NCBI GenBank assembly: GCA_000320545.1
Contig: ADNK01001089.1
Span: forward strand, 1-63,330
Source of the DNA: Bigelowiella natans CCMP2755
Lineage: Eukaryota; Protista; Cercozoa
Direction of reading: 5' to 3'
DNA length: 63,330 nucleotides
Program-made: the position numbers and the translations under genes
In this document: positions 48,932 to 60,366 of the stretch, piece after piece
Layout of the letters: the number at the start of each line of letters is the position of its first letter
Numbering within the stretch: the stretch's first letter is position 1
The notes under the pieces: model-generated
The model's database searches: none
What the model saw: only the letters and a program-made list of their open reading frames with translations
Told to the model about the DNA's origin: nothing

Positions 48932-51581
48932 TAGAATATGAGCAACATGAAGAGAGGGGAGAAAGGGATAGGTTGAGGATGGGCACGAAGGATTGCAGGG
49001 AAACGCCTTGATGAAGAGATAAAGATTGTAATCAGAGAGATATTTGCGCAGCTATTCATCTTTTCTTACCCTGATGGCGGTGCTGGTGCTGGTGGCTGCT
49101 CGTGACTGTTTTTGTTGTTGTTGTTGTTGTCTTTATTGTCCGAATTGAGGAGGCCGAAGAGAGCAAAGGGTGAGAACATCCCTTTCGCGTTAATGTATCC
49201 CGACGCCTTTTGATTAATGATGATTATGATGATGATGATGATGATGGTAATGACAATCGTATCGCCGATGACAGTCGTAGCACTGACGGTAGTTTTTCCT
49301 ACTTATATGTAAAACACACTTATGTGCCCATATGCGCAGGCAGCACGTGCATACATATACTTTCACTACTTCTTAATGTGCATACGTGATAGTGCTTCGT
49401 GTATGTACTTCTATCGTTAGCTCAAAGCCCTCTTCCCTTGATGACAGGGACGAGGAGGGGGGCAGCGCTATCACAACGGGTCTTGCATTTCGAAGCACTG
49501 AAAAAGGATTGACAGTTTACCATGATGACAACGACGAGAAAGAAGATGATCGTGATGATGATTTTGGGGCCTCCACCACCTTTAGAAGCTGAGAGTACGG
49601 TGGTTGTAGGTCGTAGTTTCAATTCTAGCGTATCCACACACTGATTGCCGACCTGATGTGCAACAAACAAATTTGCGAACAAACGATACAACGAATGATT
49701 GATGAGGAAATGTACCACTATATGCAACAATTTAAAATTATTTGGACTTGAATATTAGTGACGAAAATCATTCCCCTCTCCCCCCTTTCCCCCCTCCTAC
49801 ATGAAAGGCCAGACGAATTGCCGCGCTGTCCTCCCCACGCGCCCCCCCCCGTTTGTGAATCCTGCTGCCAGCGCCATGATTCATGAAGTAGTCTTTCGAA
49901 GAGGTCTCAGAGTCTTCAAACACACTGTGCATGATGACACACATGCCTTAAGACGTATACATTCATGCGTGCGACTAACAATGGCTAATGCATGCGCCTC
50001 ATCCATTGCTATCAGGATCGTTGCATAGATAGAAAGAACACTGTGCGTGTGTACCTCCGGAGGGGATGGCTCGTAATGTGTAGCTGCGATTTCAACCTCT
50101 ACGGAACGAGAAGGGCGAGAAATATACAATGAATGTACACACCAACCAAGAAAGAAGACGACATAAACAGAAATGACCACGACGGGCAAGTTTCTTGGAG
50201 AAGGGGGAGGAGAAAGGATCTATTGCTCACCATCATGAACTGGCGGAGATTTTTTATTCCTGCGAAGTCCCTCGATCGGATCTTGAACGCCTGTCCCCAA
50301 TGTGTAGAAGGAGGAGATTAGAGTTTTTATGGTATGATGGTGGTGGTAGTGATGATGACGATGATGATGGTGATGATGATGATGATGACGATGTTGATGA
50401 TAGATGCATATGACAATTATAAGAATATATGTATGTTATATATATATATATATACATGTGTGTGTGTGTGTGTGTGTGTATTATGTACAGGTAAATACAT
50501 AAGCAATTGACCTCATACAACACATAATGGCTTACTCATTACCTTTTGCTTTGAGGCAAAGGTGAGAGATAAAATCACATATGGCGGGTGCTGTTCCACC
50601 GTTGCATAAACAATGTCACCAACAAATATAGACAATCGCAACCTGATATATATATTAACATATTGCAGATTTGTTATTACCCAAATCATGTGAGGTGAGC
50701 AGATTCTGTAATCGGCCATAATCATTTGACATATTACAGGCAGGTTTCTCAAATCAAGATATAATGCCACAAAATTCGTCCTCGCGAGGAAAAACGAACG
50801 ATGATGATAGTTTACTTTCCATCTTTCAGCGCAATCCGATTTCGGTAGTATTCCAAGGTGCCAACACGTGTGAGTGCAAAGAAGCGCGATTGCCACCTAT
50901 CAGCGCAGATGTTGTTGTTGCAGCATAATTCACCACGCAGGAAGAGAGATAGAGAGGGAAATATAGGTACACCCCTCAGCATTGCTCAACATTCGCTGCA
51001 TCAAGAGGTATGATGGTGCGTTGTTGATTTTTTTCCGAAAATTGCTGGGGATTAAGGGGGGGAGGGGGTTAGGAGATATATTGGTTGACGAACGACTTTG
51101 GTGTCCAGTTCGAGCTTGACAGTTTTTCGGCATTGAATTCGAAGAAGTTTCTAGGATGATCCTATGAATGAAAAGGCAGTACCGAACAACACTTAAATAA
51201 CTATGTCTTATCATCGGCAGCCATTGCACCGTCCTCTTACGAAGAAGAGAGGAAATCAAGATGTAGTTAGTTGCAGGAGTAATACTATCATTATATAAAC
51301 TAGTTGGTGCTTCACCATCTCTCCACAAATAGGTGTATTATCTATCATTACAAAATTGAAAAGGAAGGAAGGAGGATGGGGAAAGCCATCCAAAACGAAG
51401 GAAGATGTGTATCAATCTAGCTTTCGTGCTCTCCATCATTGTACAGAAGATACGCACAGAGAGACAACACACGCACGATGACGCACACCTTAAGTTCGAA
51501 AATAGCCTTTCCGTCCTTCTTGAGTCTCCCCGTTCCTCCTCCCTGGTTAGTTCTAATCGAAAACTGGGGGCCTTGTTCCAT
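42077..51581 (-). CDS. Multidomain protein: N-terminal PH domain, low-complexity region with a hydrophobic hairpin, C-terminal CRAL-TRIO-N plus Sec14 (CRAL-TRIO) lipid-binding domain
   Basis: PH: VQWLPMIRHSYLSVVR / WQSRFFALTRVGTLEYYRN... / LRLSIFVGDIVYATVE... / AFKIRSRDFAGIKNLRQFMM. Hydrophobic segment MIACVSVAIAAIVGEHSWPVFLLLVAGFTCIVIGATL. Sec14: CRFMMARGFNLQKATKLL / AIELREKHNLD / YPRFKELFPLYHQGYDDKG / WLTMIRPLG / LIDMKDVG / VQVCYPENLG / IASVVRAPRMFSMLWAVLKKVLTKRTQ / AKI...CLPT / QYGG. Confidence 0.75.
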
Positions 51582-51718
51582 GGTGTGCAGCCTTTTCTGA
51601 TTCTGCTGCTGTCGCAGCCCTTGCTGAGAGATGCAGCTCTTCACCAACAAATTTTCAGGAGTAAATTTGAGAGGGGAAGGGGATTGAGGCGATGAAAGAA
51701 GCAAAAACCCTTCTTCTT

Positions 51719-51749
<31 letters not shown>

Positions 51750-52035
51750 TTGTTTGTTGTTTTTGTTCTCGTTCAAGGTTGGGGGCGAAGTCATTCTCCC
51801 ATCATCGTGAATTCTCGAGAATTGCTATGGCAACAACTGAGATTCCGAAGTTAATTCTCATACTATTCTTACATAGACGACAATATTAAAGTTTTGTCGC
51901 AATCTATGCCTCGAGGTCGATGCTCGTGCTCCGTCCGGGTTGCGACTCTCCCAACAAAAGGACTGCAATTCGCACAACGAAGCATGATGATGGACTGCAT
52001 TACGCGTAGTGTCGGATGACCGACAGGTTTTCGCC

Positions 52036-52064
52036 GGATGTCCTGGATGTCCAGGATGTCCGGG
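52036..52064. repeat. Three tandem GGATGTCCN 9-mers in the divergent spacer between the Sec14 and receptor genes
   Basis: ggatgtcct-ggatgtcca-ggatgtccg; each unit is near-palindromic (GGA..TCC). A regulatory role is only a guess. Confidence 0.35.
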
Positions 52065-52357
52065 CAGTCTACTCGTAAAGCATATTTTCAGGTTTTTTAT
52101 CACCGATTTCGAGAAAAATTAACTAGGGAACCGATTTACCGAAATTGCGTTAAGGTTTTTGCGCAATTTACGTGAATCTACCGGTAGATTTACAGCAATT
52201 ATTCATATGCGACAACTATGTGTAGCGATGTTGAGAATTACGACGGAAGCGATTACGACTTTAAATACGATGACATACATGTACATTCTCTGACGTTACG
52301 GGATCGACTTTTTCGTTTCCATTTTTAGCCAAACTCTTTCCCATCCACCTTGCAGCC

Positions 52358-55300
52358 ATGCGCGCTGCGCTGTGGCCCTTCCTCTCGCTCCTCCTGTTGG
52401 CAGGAGGTGTCGAAGCTCAGCCGTCACGTTACAACTGCAATCATAGTAGTTGGTCTAGCGACGCGTCCTTTTCCAGTACTATGACTGTGCAAACCATGAA
52501 GGTGAGTGTGATTTTGAATGCAAAATAAAGTTACTTAAATCAACTTAATTTTACCCCAATTGCAGGAAGATAGATCGCAGTGTAGCATTAGTGGACTTCC
52601 ACAACAGTATAGCCCATCCACGAGCTACCAGATTACAGTACAAACTGAGATTGGCAGAGAACTTGCGTACAAACTTGTAAGCCTCTTTCCGCCATAAAAT
52701 ATATTGATTTCTGAAAGTCCATGTCATTAGGTGGTCTCCGCCGGTTCGCTCACTTCAGGGGGGGAAAGGCAAAGCGACACCTGCAGAAACATGGACCAAA
52801 AAGTTCAACAGCAAACATTTGAATGGGTATGATCCTTTCAAATCTCTTATGTGCGTATCAAATTTTGGAAGAGAGTTTCAATATTAGATCGTTTCAGGTG
52901 TCGCCTAGTACAGGCATGGGCACGGTGACGGTGAAGGCACTATGCGGAGATGATAAAAATATGTTTCTAGCATCATCGGTAAGCTGCTATTCTGTCGCGC
53001 AATCTGAATGAGCCCATATACATGTCCATCCCCTTCCTTCAATCACGAAATTACCATAATAATTTCCATGTTTATTTTTAATTTAATGATATTTCTCTTC
53101 ATTGATCTGAACAATTATTTCATGTATAATAGATTATAAGGCAGAGAAGTCTTATATCAATCCTCAACGCCAATCCTGGCTCGAGCCCTGTTTCTAGCCC
53201 AGCATCGTATCCTGGTTCTTACCCTGGCTCAAGTCCAGCATCATATCCTGGCTCTAGCCCTGCATCTAGCCCAGCGTCTTATCCTGGTTCTAGCCCAGCA
53301 TCGTACCCTGGCTCAAGCCCAGCTTCGTATCCGGGCTCAAACCCAGCGTCATACCCTGGCTCAAGCCCAGCTTCGTACCCTGGCTCAAACCCAGCGTCAT
53401 ACCCTGGCTCAGGCCCAGCTTCGTACCCTGGATCAAGCCCAGCTTCGTACCCTGGATCAAGCCCAGCATCGTATCCGGGCTCAAACCCAGCTTCATACCC
53501 TGGATCAAGCCCAGCTTCGTACCCTGGCTCAAGCCCAGCTTCGTATCCTGGATCAAGCCCAGCTTCGTACCCTGGCTCAAGCCCAGCATCGTATCCGGGC
53601 TCAAACCCAGCTTCATACCCTGGATCAAGCCCAGCTTCGTACCCTGGATCAAGCCCAGCATCGTATCCGGGCTCTTACCCTGGCTCAAGCCCGGCTTCGT
53701 ACCCCGGCTCAAGCCCAGCTTCGTATCCTGGATCAAACCCAGCATCGTATCCTGGCTCAAACCCAGCGTCATACCCTGGATCAAGCCCAGCTTCGTACCC
53801 TGGCTCAAGCCCAGCTTCGTATCCTGGCTCTTATCCTGGCTCAAGCCCAGCTTCATATCCTGGATCAAGCCCAGCTTCGTACCCTGGCTCAAGCCCAGCA
53901 TCGTATCCTGGCTCAAACCCAGCATCGTATCCTGGCTCTTATCCTGGCTCAAGCCCGGCTTCGTACCCCGGCTCAAGCCCAGCTTCGTATCCTGGCTCAA
54001 GCCCAGCGTCATACCCTGGATCAAGCCCAGCTTCGTATCCTGGATCAAACCCAGCGTCATACCCTGGATCAAGCCCAGCTTCGTATCCGGGCTCTTACCC
54101 TGGCTCAAGCCCGGCTTCGTACCCCGGCTCAAGCCCAGCTTCGTATCCTGGCTCTTATCCTGGCTCAAGCCCAGCTTCATATCCTGGCTCAAGCCCAGCG
54201 TCATACCCTGGATCAAGCCCAGCTTCGTATCCTGGATCAAGCCCAGCGTCATACCCTGGATCAAGCCCAGCATCGTATCCTGGATCAAACCCAGCGTCAT
54301 ACCCTGGATCAAGCCCAGCTTCGTACCCTGGCTCAAGCCCAGCTTCGTATCCTGGCTCTTATCCTGGCTCAAGCCCAGCTTCATATCCTGGATCAAGCCC
54401 AGCTTCGTACCCTGGCTCAAGCCCAGCATCGTATCCTGGCTCAACCCTGGCTCAAGCCCGGCTTCGTACCCCGGCTCAAGCCCAGCTTCGTATCCTGGAT
54501 CAAACCCAGCTTCGTATCCTGGCTCAAACCCAGCGTCATACCCTGGATCAAGCCCAGCATCGTATCCTGGATCAAACCCAGCGTCGTACCCTGGATCAAG
54601 CCCAGCTTCGTACCCTGGCTCAAGCCCAGCATCGTATCCGGGCTCAAGCCCAGCGTCATACCCCGGATCAAGCCCAGCTTCGTACCCTGGCTCAAGCCCA
54701 GCATCGTATCCTGGATCAAGCCCAGCTTCGTACCCTGGCTCAAGCCCAGCATCGTACCCTGGCTCTTACCCTGGCTCAAACCCAGCTTCGTATCCTGGCT
54801 CTTACCCTGGATCAAGCCCGGCTTCGTACCCCGGCTCAAGCCCAGCATCGTATCCTGGATCAAACCCAGCTTCGTATCCTGGCTCTTATCCTGGCTCAAG
54901 CCCAGCTTCATATCCTGGATCAAGCCCGGCTTCGTACCCCGGCTCAAGCCCAGCATCGTATCCTGGATCAAACCCAGCTTCGTATCCTGGATCAAGCCCA
55001 GCTTTGTACCCTGGCTCAAGCCCAGCATCGTATCCTGGATCAAGCCCAGCTTCGTACCCTGGCTCAAACCCAGCTTCGTATCCTGGCTCTTACCCTGGAT
55101 CAAGCCCGGCATCGTATCCTGGCTCTTACCCTGGATCAAGCCCGGCATCATACCTGAAAACCTTGAGCCCAGGGACTATCACCAAGATCCCCACCAAGTA
55201 CCCCACGAAGTATCCAACCAGATATCCGACCCTTGCAAATCAACCCACCGAGAGGCCAACTCGTTGGTTTGAGAAGACGAAACGTCCAAGCGGTTTTCCA

Positions 55301-58300
55301 ACGCAAGAGCCTACTAGCCCTACAGCTGCTACCCCATATCCGTCTGCGTATCCTACGCGTTTTCCAACCGCGGAGCCAACCCCATATGCGATTGGAGTAC
55401 CCACTCCCCAACCGACTCGCTTTCCAACGAGATTCCCCACGGACCCCCCCACCCGCTTCCCGACATTTGCGAGAAAAACACGTATGCCATCTGATGAGCC
55501 AACAGCATATCCTACACCACAGCCCACGGCACAACCCAACAGCGCGCCAACAGGACCCACAGCATATCCAACGCGCTATCCTACCAGAAGGCCCACTCTC
55601 GCTCCATCTCTCGCTGCCAAACCACCAACCAACCAACGAAGATGCCAACAACTCTGTCCTGCAAACTCCCGCAGTACTTCGGTTATGGAATCAGGACAAT
55701 CGACTGCACTTCCGGCGGCACCCTTCCCAACTCCGAGCAGTGTGCTGTTGAATGTGACGATGGGTTTCAGCCCGCACAAACACCTGTCGAGAACATATTC
55801 AGTTGTAACAGGGGCAGTTTGTCTCGCCCCAGTCTTAAATGCGAGCCTGCTAACTGTACGCTCCCTGCAACGTTCGGCAGTAACATTGTGAGCTCCGGGG
55901 GACCTAATGGTTGCACTGCAGGCCAGACGCTTGCTGGCGGGGGATATTGTCGGGTCGCATGTGCCGCAGGATTCGTTCCAACCGGCGGCTACCCACATTA
56001 TGCGTGCAAGGGAGAACTATACGCGCCGACGCTGACGTGCCAGGCCAGTCAGGCCACCACGCAGCCTCAGATATGCACACTACCTGATGTGCTAAATTCC
56101 GGCATTGCACTAGATGTCAATGACGAAAGCGTGTGTGCTGGTGGCAAGATATTACAGGCGGGACAGTCCTGCACCGTGTCGTGCATGCAAGGCTGGTACC
56201 CACGTAACAAGGGGATGACTAGCACCTTTAGCTGCTCTCAAACCGGTGAGTTGATGACGGCCTCACTCTCCTGCCTCTCGTGTGAAATCGACGAGCCCGC
56301 TGTCGAGGTGCAGATTTACGGTCAGGAGAATCGCACCGTCTACAACACCTTTGACCTCAAAATCGGTGCACTAGCAAAGATAAAAGCGTGCCGCCCCTCT
56401 GCACGCCGCTTTGAGTGGACGCAAACTTCTGGCCCCCAAGTCTTCATCGAAGTGATGGACCGCAAGTATCTGACGATCCCCAAACTAACATTCAGTCCCG
56501 ACAGCACCTATTGCTTCCAGTTGTCCTTCTCAGTTTCAGCTCAGCAGGCTGGCCTTGGACCATGGACGGGAACCGCCACAGATTCTACCTGTATCACAGT
56601 CATCGAACGCGCTGTTGTCGCAAAGATTCGCGGCGGGAAGAGGAAGGTAGCAGTGGACAGGTCGTTTATCTTGGACGGATCCCTGTCCTACGACCCTGAA
56701 AAGGCGAGAGAAAATTGGAAGGAGCTTCAGTACGTCTGGCGGTGCGATCCGACTGACGGCACCACAGAATGCTTCACCGGATCTGCAGCTCCAGTCGACA
56801 TGACTAGCAGTATACTCAATGTTCCTGCCAATGCCCTTCTGGGCGATATGGAGTACAAGTTCACTCTCACAGTGACCTCCGACGTGCGGAGTCGCAGCCA
56901 GGCCACTCGTGTCTACGTGAAAGTATCAAATAGCCCAGTAATTGCTGTGGATGCTGAGATTAGGTCGAACACCATCGAGCTTGATGGTGGCGATGTGATG
57001 CGCGTCAGCCCCTCAAGAGCAATCAAGGTAATGGCTAAATTTTCTGGAGAGGACCTCACGTTCCTGCCCAACTATGGATTCTTCTGGAATTGCAGCGATA
57101 TCAACCTCCCAACCAACCTGCTCTATAGACCCGGCCTTGTGATTCCAGCAAATGCTCTACTCGCCGGCTCGACGACTACGTGCAAGGTGCAGGTCACTGA
57201 TCCCCTCCGCAACCGCGCCGGGGAGAGCTCGGTGACCATCCAAGCGAACTCGCCCCCTGAGGGAGGTTCCTGCGAAGCCACCGTCAACAATGGTACTAGC
57301 CTTGATATCGATCACTTCTCCTTCAGTTGCTCCGATTGGAGCGACCCGGACAGTGGCGACGCTCCTCTGTGGTATCGATTCGTGCTGATGAAGGTTGATA
57401 CTGATGGTGCTCTGGTCGATGACGTATCCCTCTCCAATTGGATCGAGCAGTCGAGCTTCACAGCATCCTCTATTTCCGCGGGAGAAGCAAACACTTACTA
57501 CAGGAAAAGCGTAAGTGAGAGGGGGGGGGGTAAAGGAAGGTTGAGCTGTATCATGCTATGTGTGATGATAGATGTCTTTACATCGTGATTCCGACACACG
57601 CGCACGCTCACACACATGCACACACACGATTAACATCGTTTTACCCTCAATTGCAGATTCGCGTCTATGTGCGAGACAGCGCTATTGGAATTCAAGCTTT
57701 CACGTACACCGACCTGATTGTCAGCGTGTACCCCCCAGGGCGATCCTCCCTCTCCACAAATGGCGGGGTTGAGAACGTTGCCAGCGATCTTATTGACGAG
57801 CAGGTCAGCACAGCCGTGGAGGAAGGGGACATTTCAAAGGCGGTGTCCATGGTGTCCACAATCGTCAACTTACTCGAGGAGGATGATGAGGACCAATCGA
57901 GCGGATCAGCCGTTAACAAGACTGCTAAGATTCTGCGAAACAAGTCTATCAAACAGAAGCTTCTGAAATCGTCCAAGAGCGTTGTATCGAACGCTTCCAG
58001 CGAGGCCGAGGTAGAACAGGGTTCATCGCTCCTGAGAAGTATCGCCTCTAAACCCTCAGAAATTTCTGAGGAGATGCAGGAGGAACTCATGGAAACCACC
58101 CAGAAGATGTTGAAAAATATCAAGACTAACGACCTCCCCGTCTCGGCGAACGTAGCTAAGGACATCCTCGAGTCCACAACAAACGTCATGCTCGCCACCA
58201 AAGTAACTGATAACGGAACAGTCACCACCGACGACTCCGCTTCCGAAGCAAGCCAACTCACCACTGAGGAGAAATCCAGGCGCGCGAATCTGGCAAGGCA

Positions 58301-59255
58301 GTACACGGACACTTTGTCGGACGTAACTACTTCGCTTGCGAAGAGCCTCGTCCCCGGTGAGAGTACAAGCGTCTCGACAGGTGATGTCGAACTGGTCACG
58401 GAGAAGCAATACACTGACTCGATGAAGACAACCGCCACCACCTTCAAAATCAATTCAACAGGTAGCAGCAGCAACAAACCTGCACCCTCCTTCACTGTAT
58501 CCCCCAACGTTTTTAACACCAGTAACTTCACGGGCGTGGAGATCCTGACCACCGAGTTCTATAAGATGAATGTCAACATCTTCTCGTTCGCCGAGAAGAA
58601 TACGACAAGCAAATCTGGACCTGAGTCCGAGATCGTCGCCCTCTCCTTCAAGAACGATGATGGCTCTGAGATCAAGGTAAACGGCTCCGCGCCAATCGAG
58701 ATCACAATCCCTATGAAGGAGGACACCACATCGACAATTCCCACCAGCTCGCCCACTTCCGCCCCAACAGCACCGGGGGGGAATGCAGTAAACTACACCC
58801 GCCAATGTCGTTACTTTGACGAAAGCAGGAACGAATGGTCCAACGAGGGCTGCACGGTGAAGGAGGTGCATTCTACCCGCACTGTATGCACCTGCACGCA
58901 TTTGACAGCTTTCTCGAGCGCGGACGTGGATAGTAGCAACGGTGGAAGTGGAGGTGGAAGTGGAGGTGGAAGTGGAGGTGGAGGTGGAAGTGGAGGTGGA
59001 AGTGGAGGTGGAGGTGGAGGTTCGGCCGTCGAATCCGAGGGGAGCACCGCAAAGAAGGGTGATAATCTTCTGATCGTTTTCATCGTGATTGCAGTCGTCG
59101 GGGCTCTGTGTCTCGGAGGAGCTGCGTGGAAGTTTATGAACAGATCTCGCCCCGCCCAGAGTAGCCAAAACAATGGTGCGCTGGGAAAGGAGAGCATGGA
59201 GCTCAGTCCCGTTGGAAAATCTCTTGGAGGAATTAACGCACAACCTGTTATTTGA
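52358..59255 (+). CDS. Giant type-I membrane protein: signal peptide, Reeler-like domain, (PASYPGSS)n, PT-rich stalk, three six-Cys Sushi-like modules, PKD/REJ, GAIN/GPS, Gly linker, single TM. Two apparent 1-nt frameshifts in this sequence
   Basis: Signal MRAALWPFLSLLLLAGGVEA. Reeler-like LPQQYSPSTSYQITV...FEW / VSPSTGMGTVTVKALC. REJ motifs FILDGSLSYDPE...YVWRC, ANSPPEGGSC, FSFSCSDWSDPD..PLWYRF. GPS QCRYFDESRNEWSNEGC...VCTCTHLTAFS. TM LLIVFIVIAVVGALCLGGAAW. Intron at about 57511-57656. Confidence 0.85.
53172..55153 (+). repeat. Coding minisatellite: about 80 copies of a 24-bp unit (PASYPGS[S/N]) with interspersed 12-bp SYPG inserts
   Basis: Consensus CCAGCNTCRTAYCCNGGMTCAARC. Differences between units fall almost entirely on third codon positions of the + strand frame, apart from the AGC/AAC Ser/Asn switch. 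Confidence 0.95.
58941..59020 (+). repeat. GGTGGAAGTGGA/GGTGGA repeat encoding a (GGGS)n flexible linker between the GPS and the TM
   Basis: Translates GGSGGGSGGGSGGGGGSGGGSGGGGGGS in the receptor frame. Confidence 0.85.
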
Positions 59256-60366
59256 GACGTGAAAATCAAGCGAATTTCGCTCATATGAATGATTGTGGGT
59301 GAAAGCCAGCACAGCTCTGGAATCTCGTTTCATAATTTTGTATTAACCTGTCTTGGTGTGTCGTTTTCGCCCTTTTTGATGCTCCTCTGAAAGCCAAGAG
59401 AAGATGGGGTGATTTCTAGTGTCCGTTAAAGCAGAAGATGAAATGCACATATTTTTTATTTTTTGGTATGTGAAATCTTCTTCATGCGTTTTGCTTACGA
59501 ATTACCACATTTACATTTAACCTTGCGAACACGCCACTAGTCGCCCTACCCTCTACTCCGGACAAATTGTACAATCCTCTCACAATGGTGGCGCTACCAT
59601 GCAACACACAACATGGCCACGTTGCATGTGCACAAATTGAAGAAACGATGCAGCCATGCTAGCAAGCGGCCGTCGTCATGGACACAGAATGCAAACACGT
59701 GTATACGTGAGCAGCCTTGCTAGCTTGTGCGTGTCCGAACTCAAGCACATGAGTTGTCACTGCGCACAAACTACAGGCAACACCATGAACTGCGATGTGT
59801 GCGCAAAACATCTCTAGATCTAGTGAAATGTTGTTTGGTGCATTTGTGTGGAAACGAAAGCTCACATGCACACAAAAGGCATGCACATGTAGGGCATTGG
59901 TACATGTGTGTTTACGCATGTGCCGTGCCAGAGCCTCTAGACTCTGGTCACATGCTAGCATGCCTTGACGTGTGCACACATGATCGACGAGCTTGATGAC
60001 TTTGACACAAATTTGCTAGCTTATAAGCTTCATGTTGACAGCACATTGAATGCAACGATCGCATGCACGCAAGGTCAATCAATTCATTGTGTTGCCACAT
60101 CATTTGCTGCTGCCACTTAGCATGGCAAGCCCGCTCAACATGAACCCACATCCACATTACCATTTAAACCTAGTTAGATGTAGAAGGGCATTTGACATAG
60201 TTTTATTTATGAGAGAAGGAATCCAGGCGTAAGATGGAACCAAGCTACGCCCTAACCTTCATGTTGAGGTACTACTTGAAACTTGCCAGGGTTTTTTAGC
60301 GACGATAGAAAACGAAGAGAACATAGATTGAGACTGAAGAGTAATGCTGTTGCTCCCTCATTCCTT

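Noticed and set aside
53290-55151. Long minus-strand ORFs (384 aa and 236 aa, SQGTKLGL repeats)
   Set aside because: Antisense shadows of the PASYPGSS array. Variation is synonymous only in the + frame, which is also continuous with the signal peptide and Reeler exons.
53172-55153. CRISPR array or RNA polymerase II CTD
   Set aside because: There are no unique spacers and the context is eukaryotic and coding. The unit is an octapeptide YPGSSPAS in a secreted protein, not the YSPTSPS heptad of RPB1.
39307-59255. Functional cluster of channel, lipid-transfer protein and GPS receptor as one mechanosensory system
   Set aside because: Attractive, but adjacency in a eukaryotic genome is not evidence of shared function. 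There is no shared regulatory signal in the sequence, and synteny or co-expression data would be required.
57692-59333. Minus-strand ORFs of 286, 292 and 157 aa
   Set aside because: They lie opposite the GAIN/GPS/TM exon, which carries the recognisable motifs.
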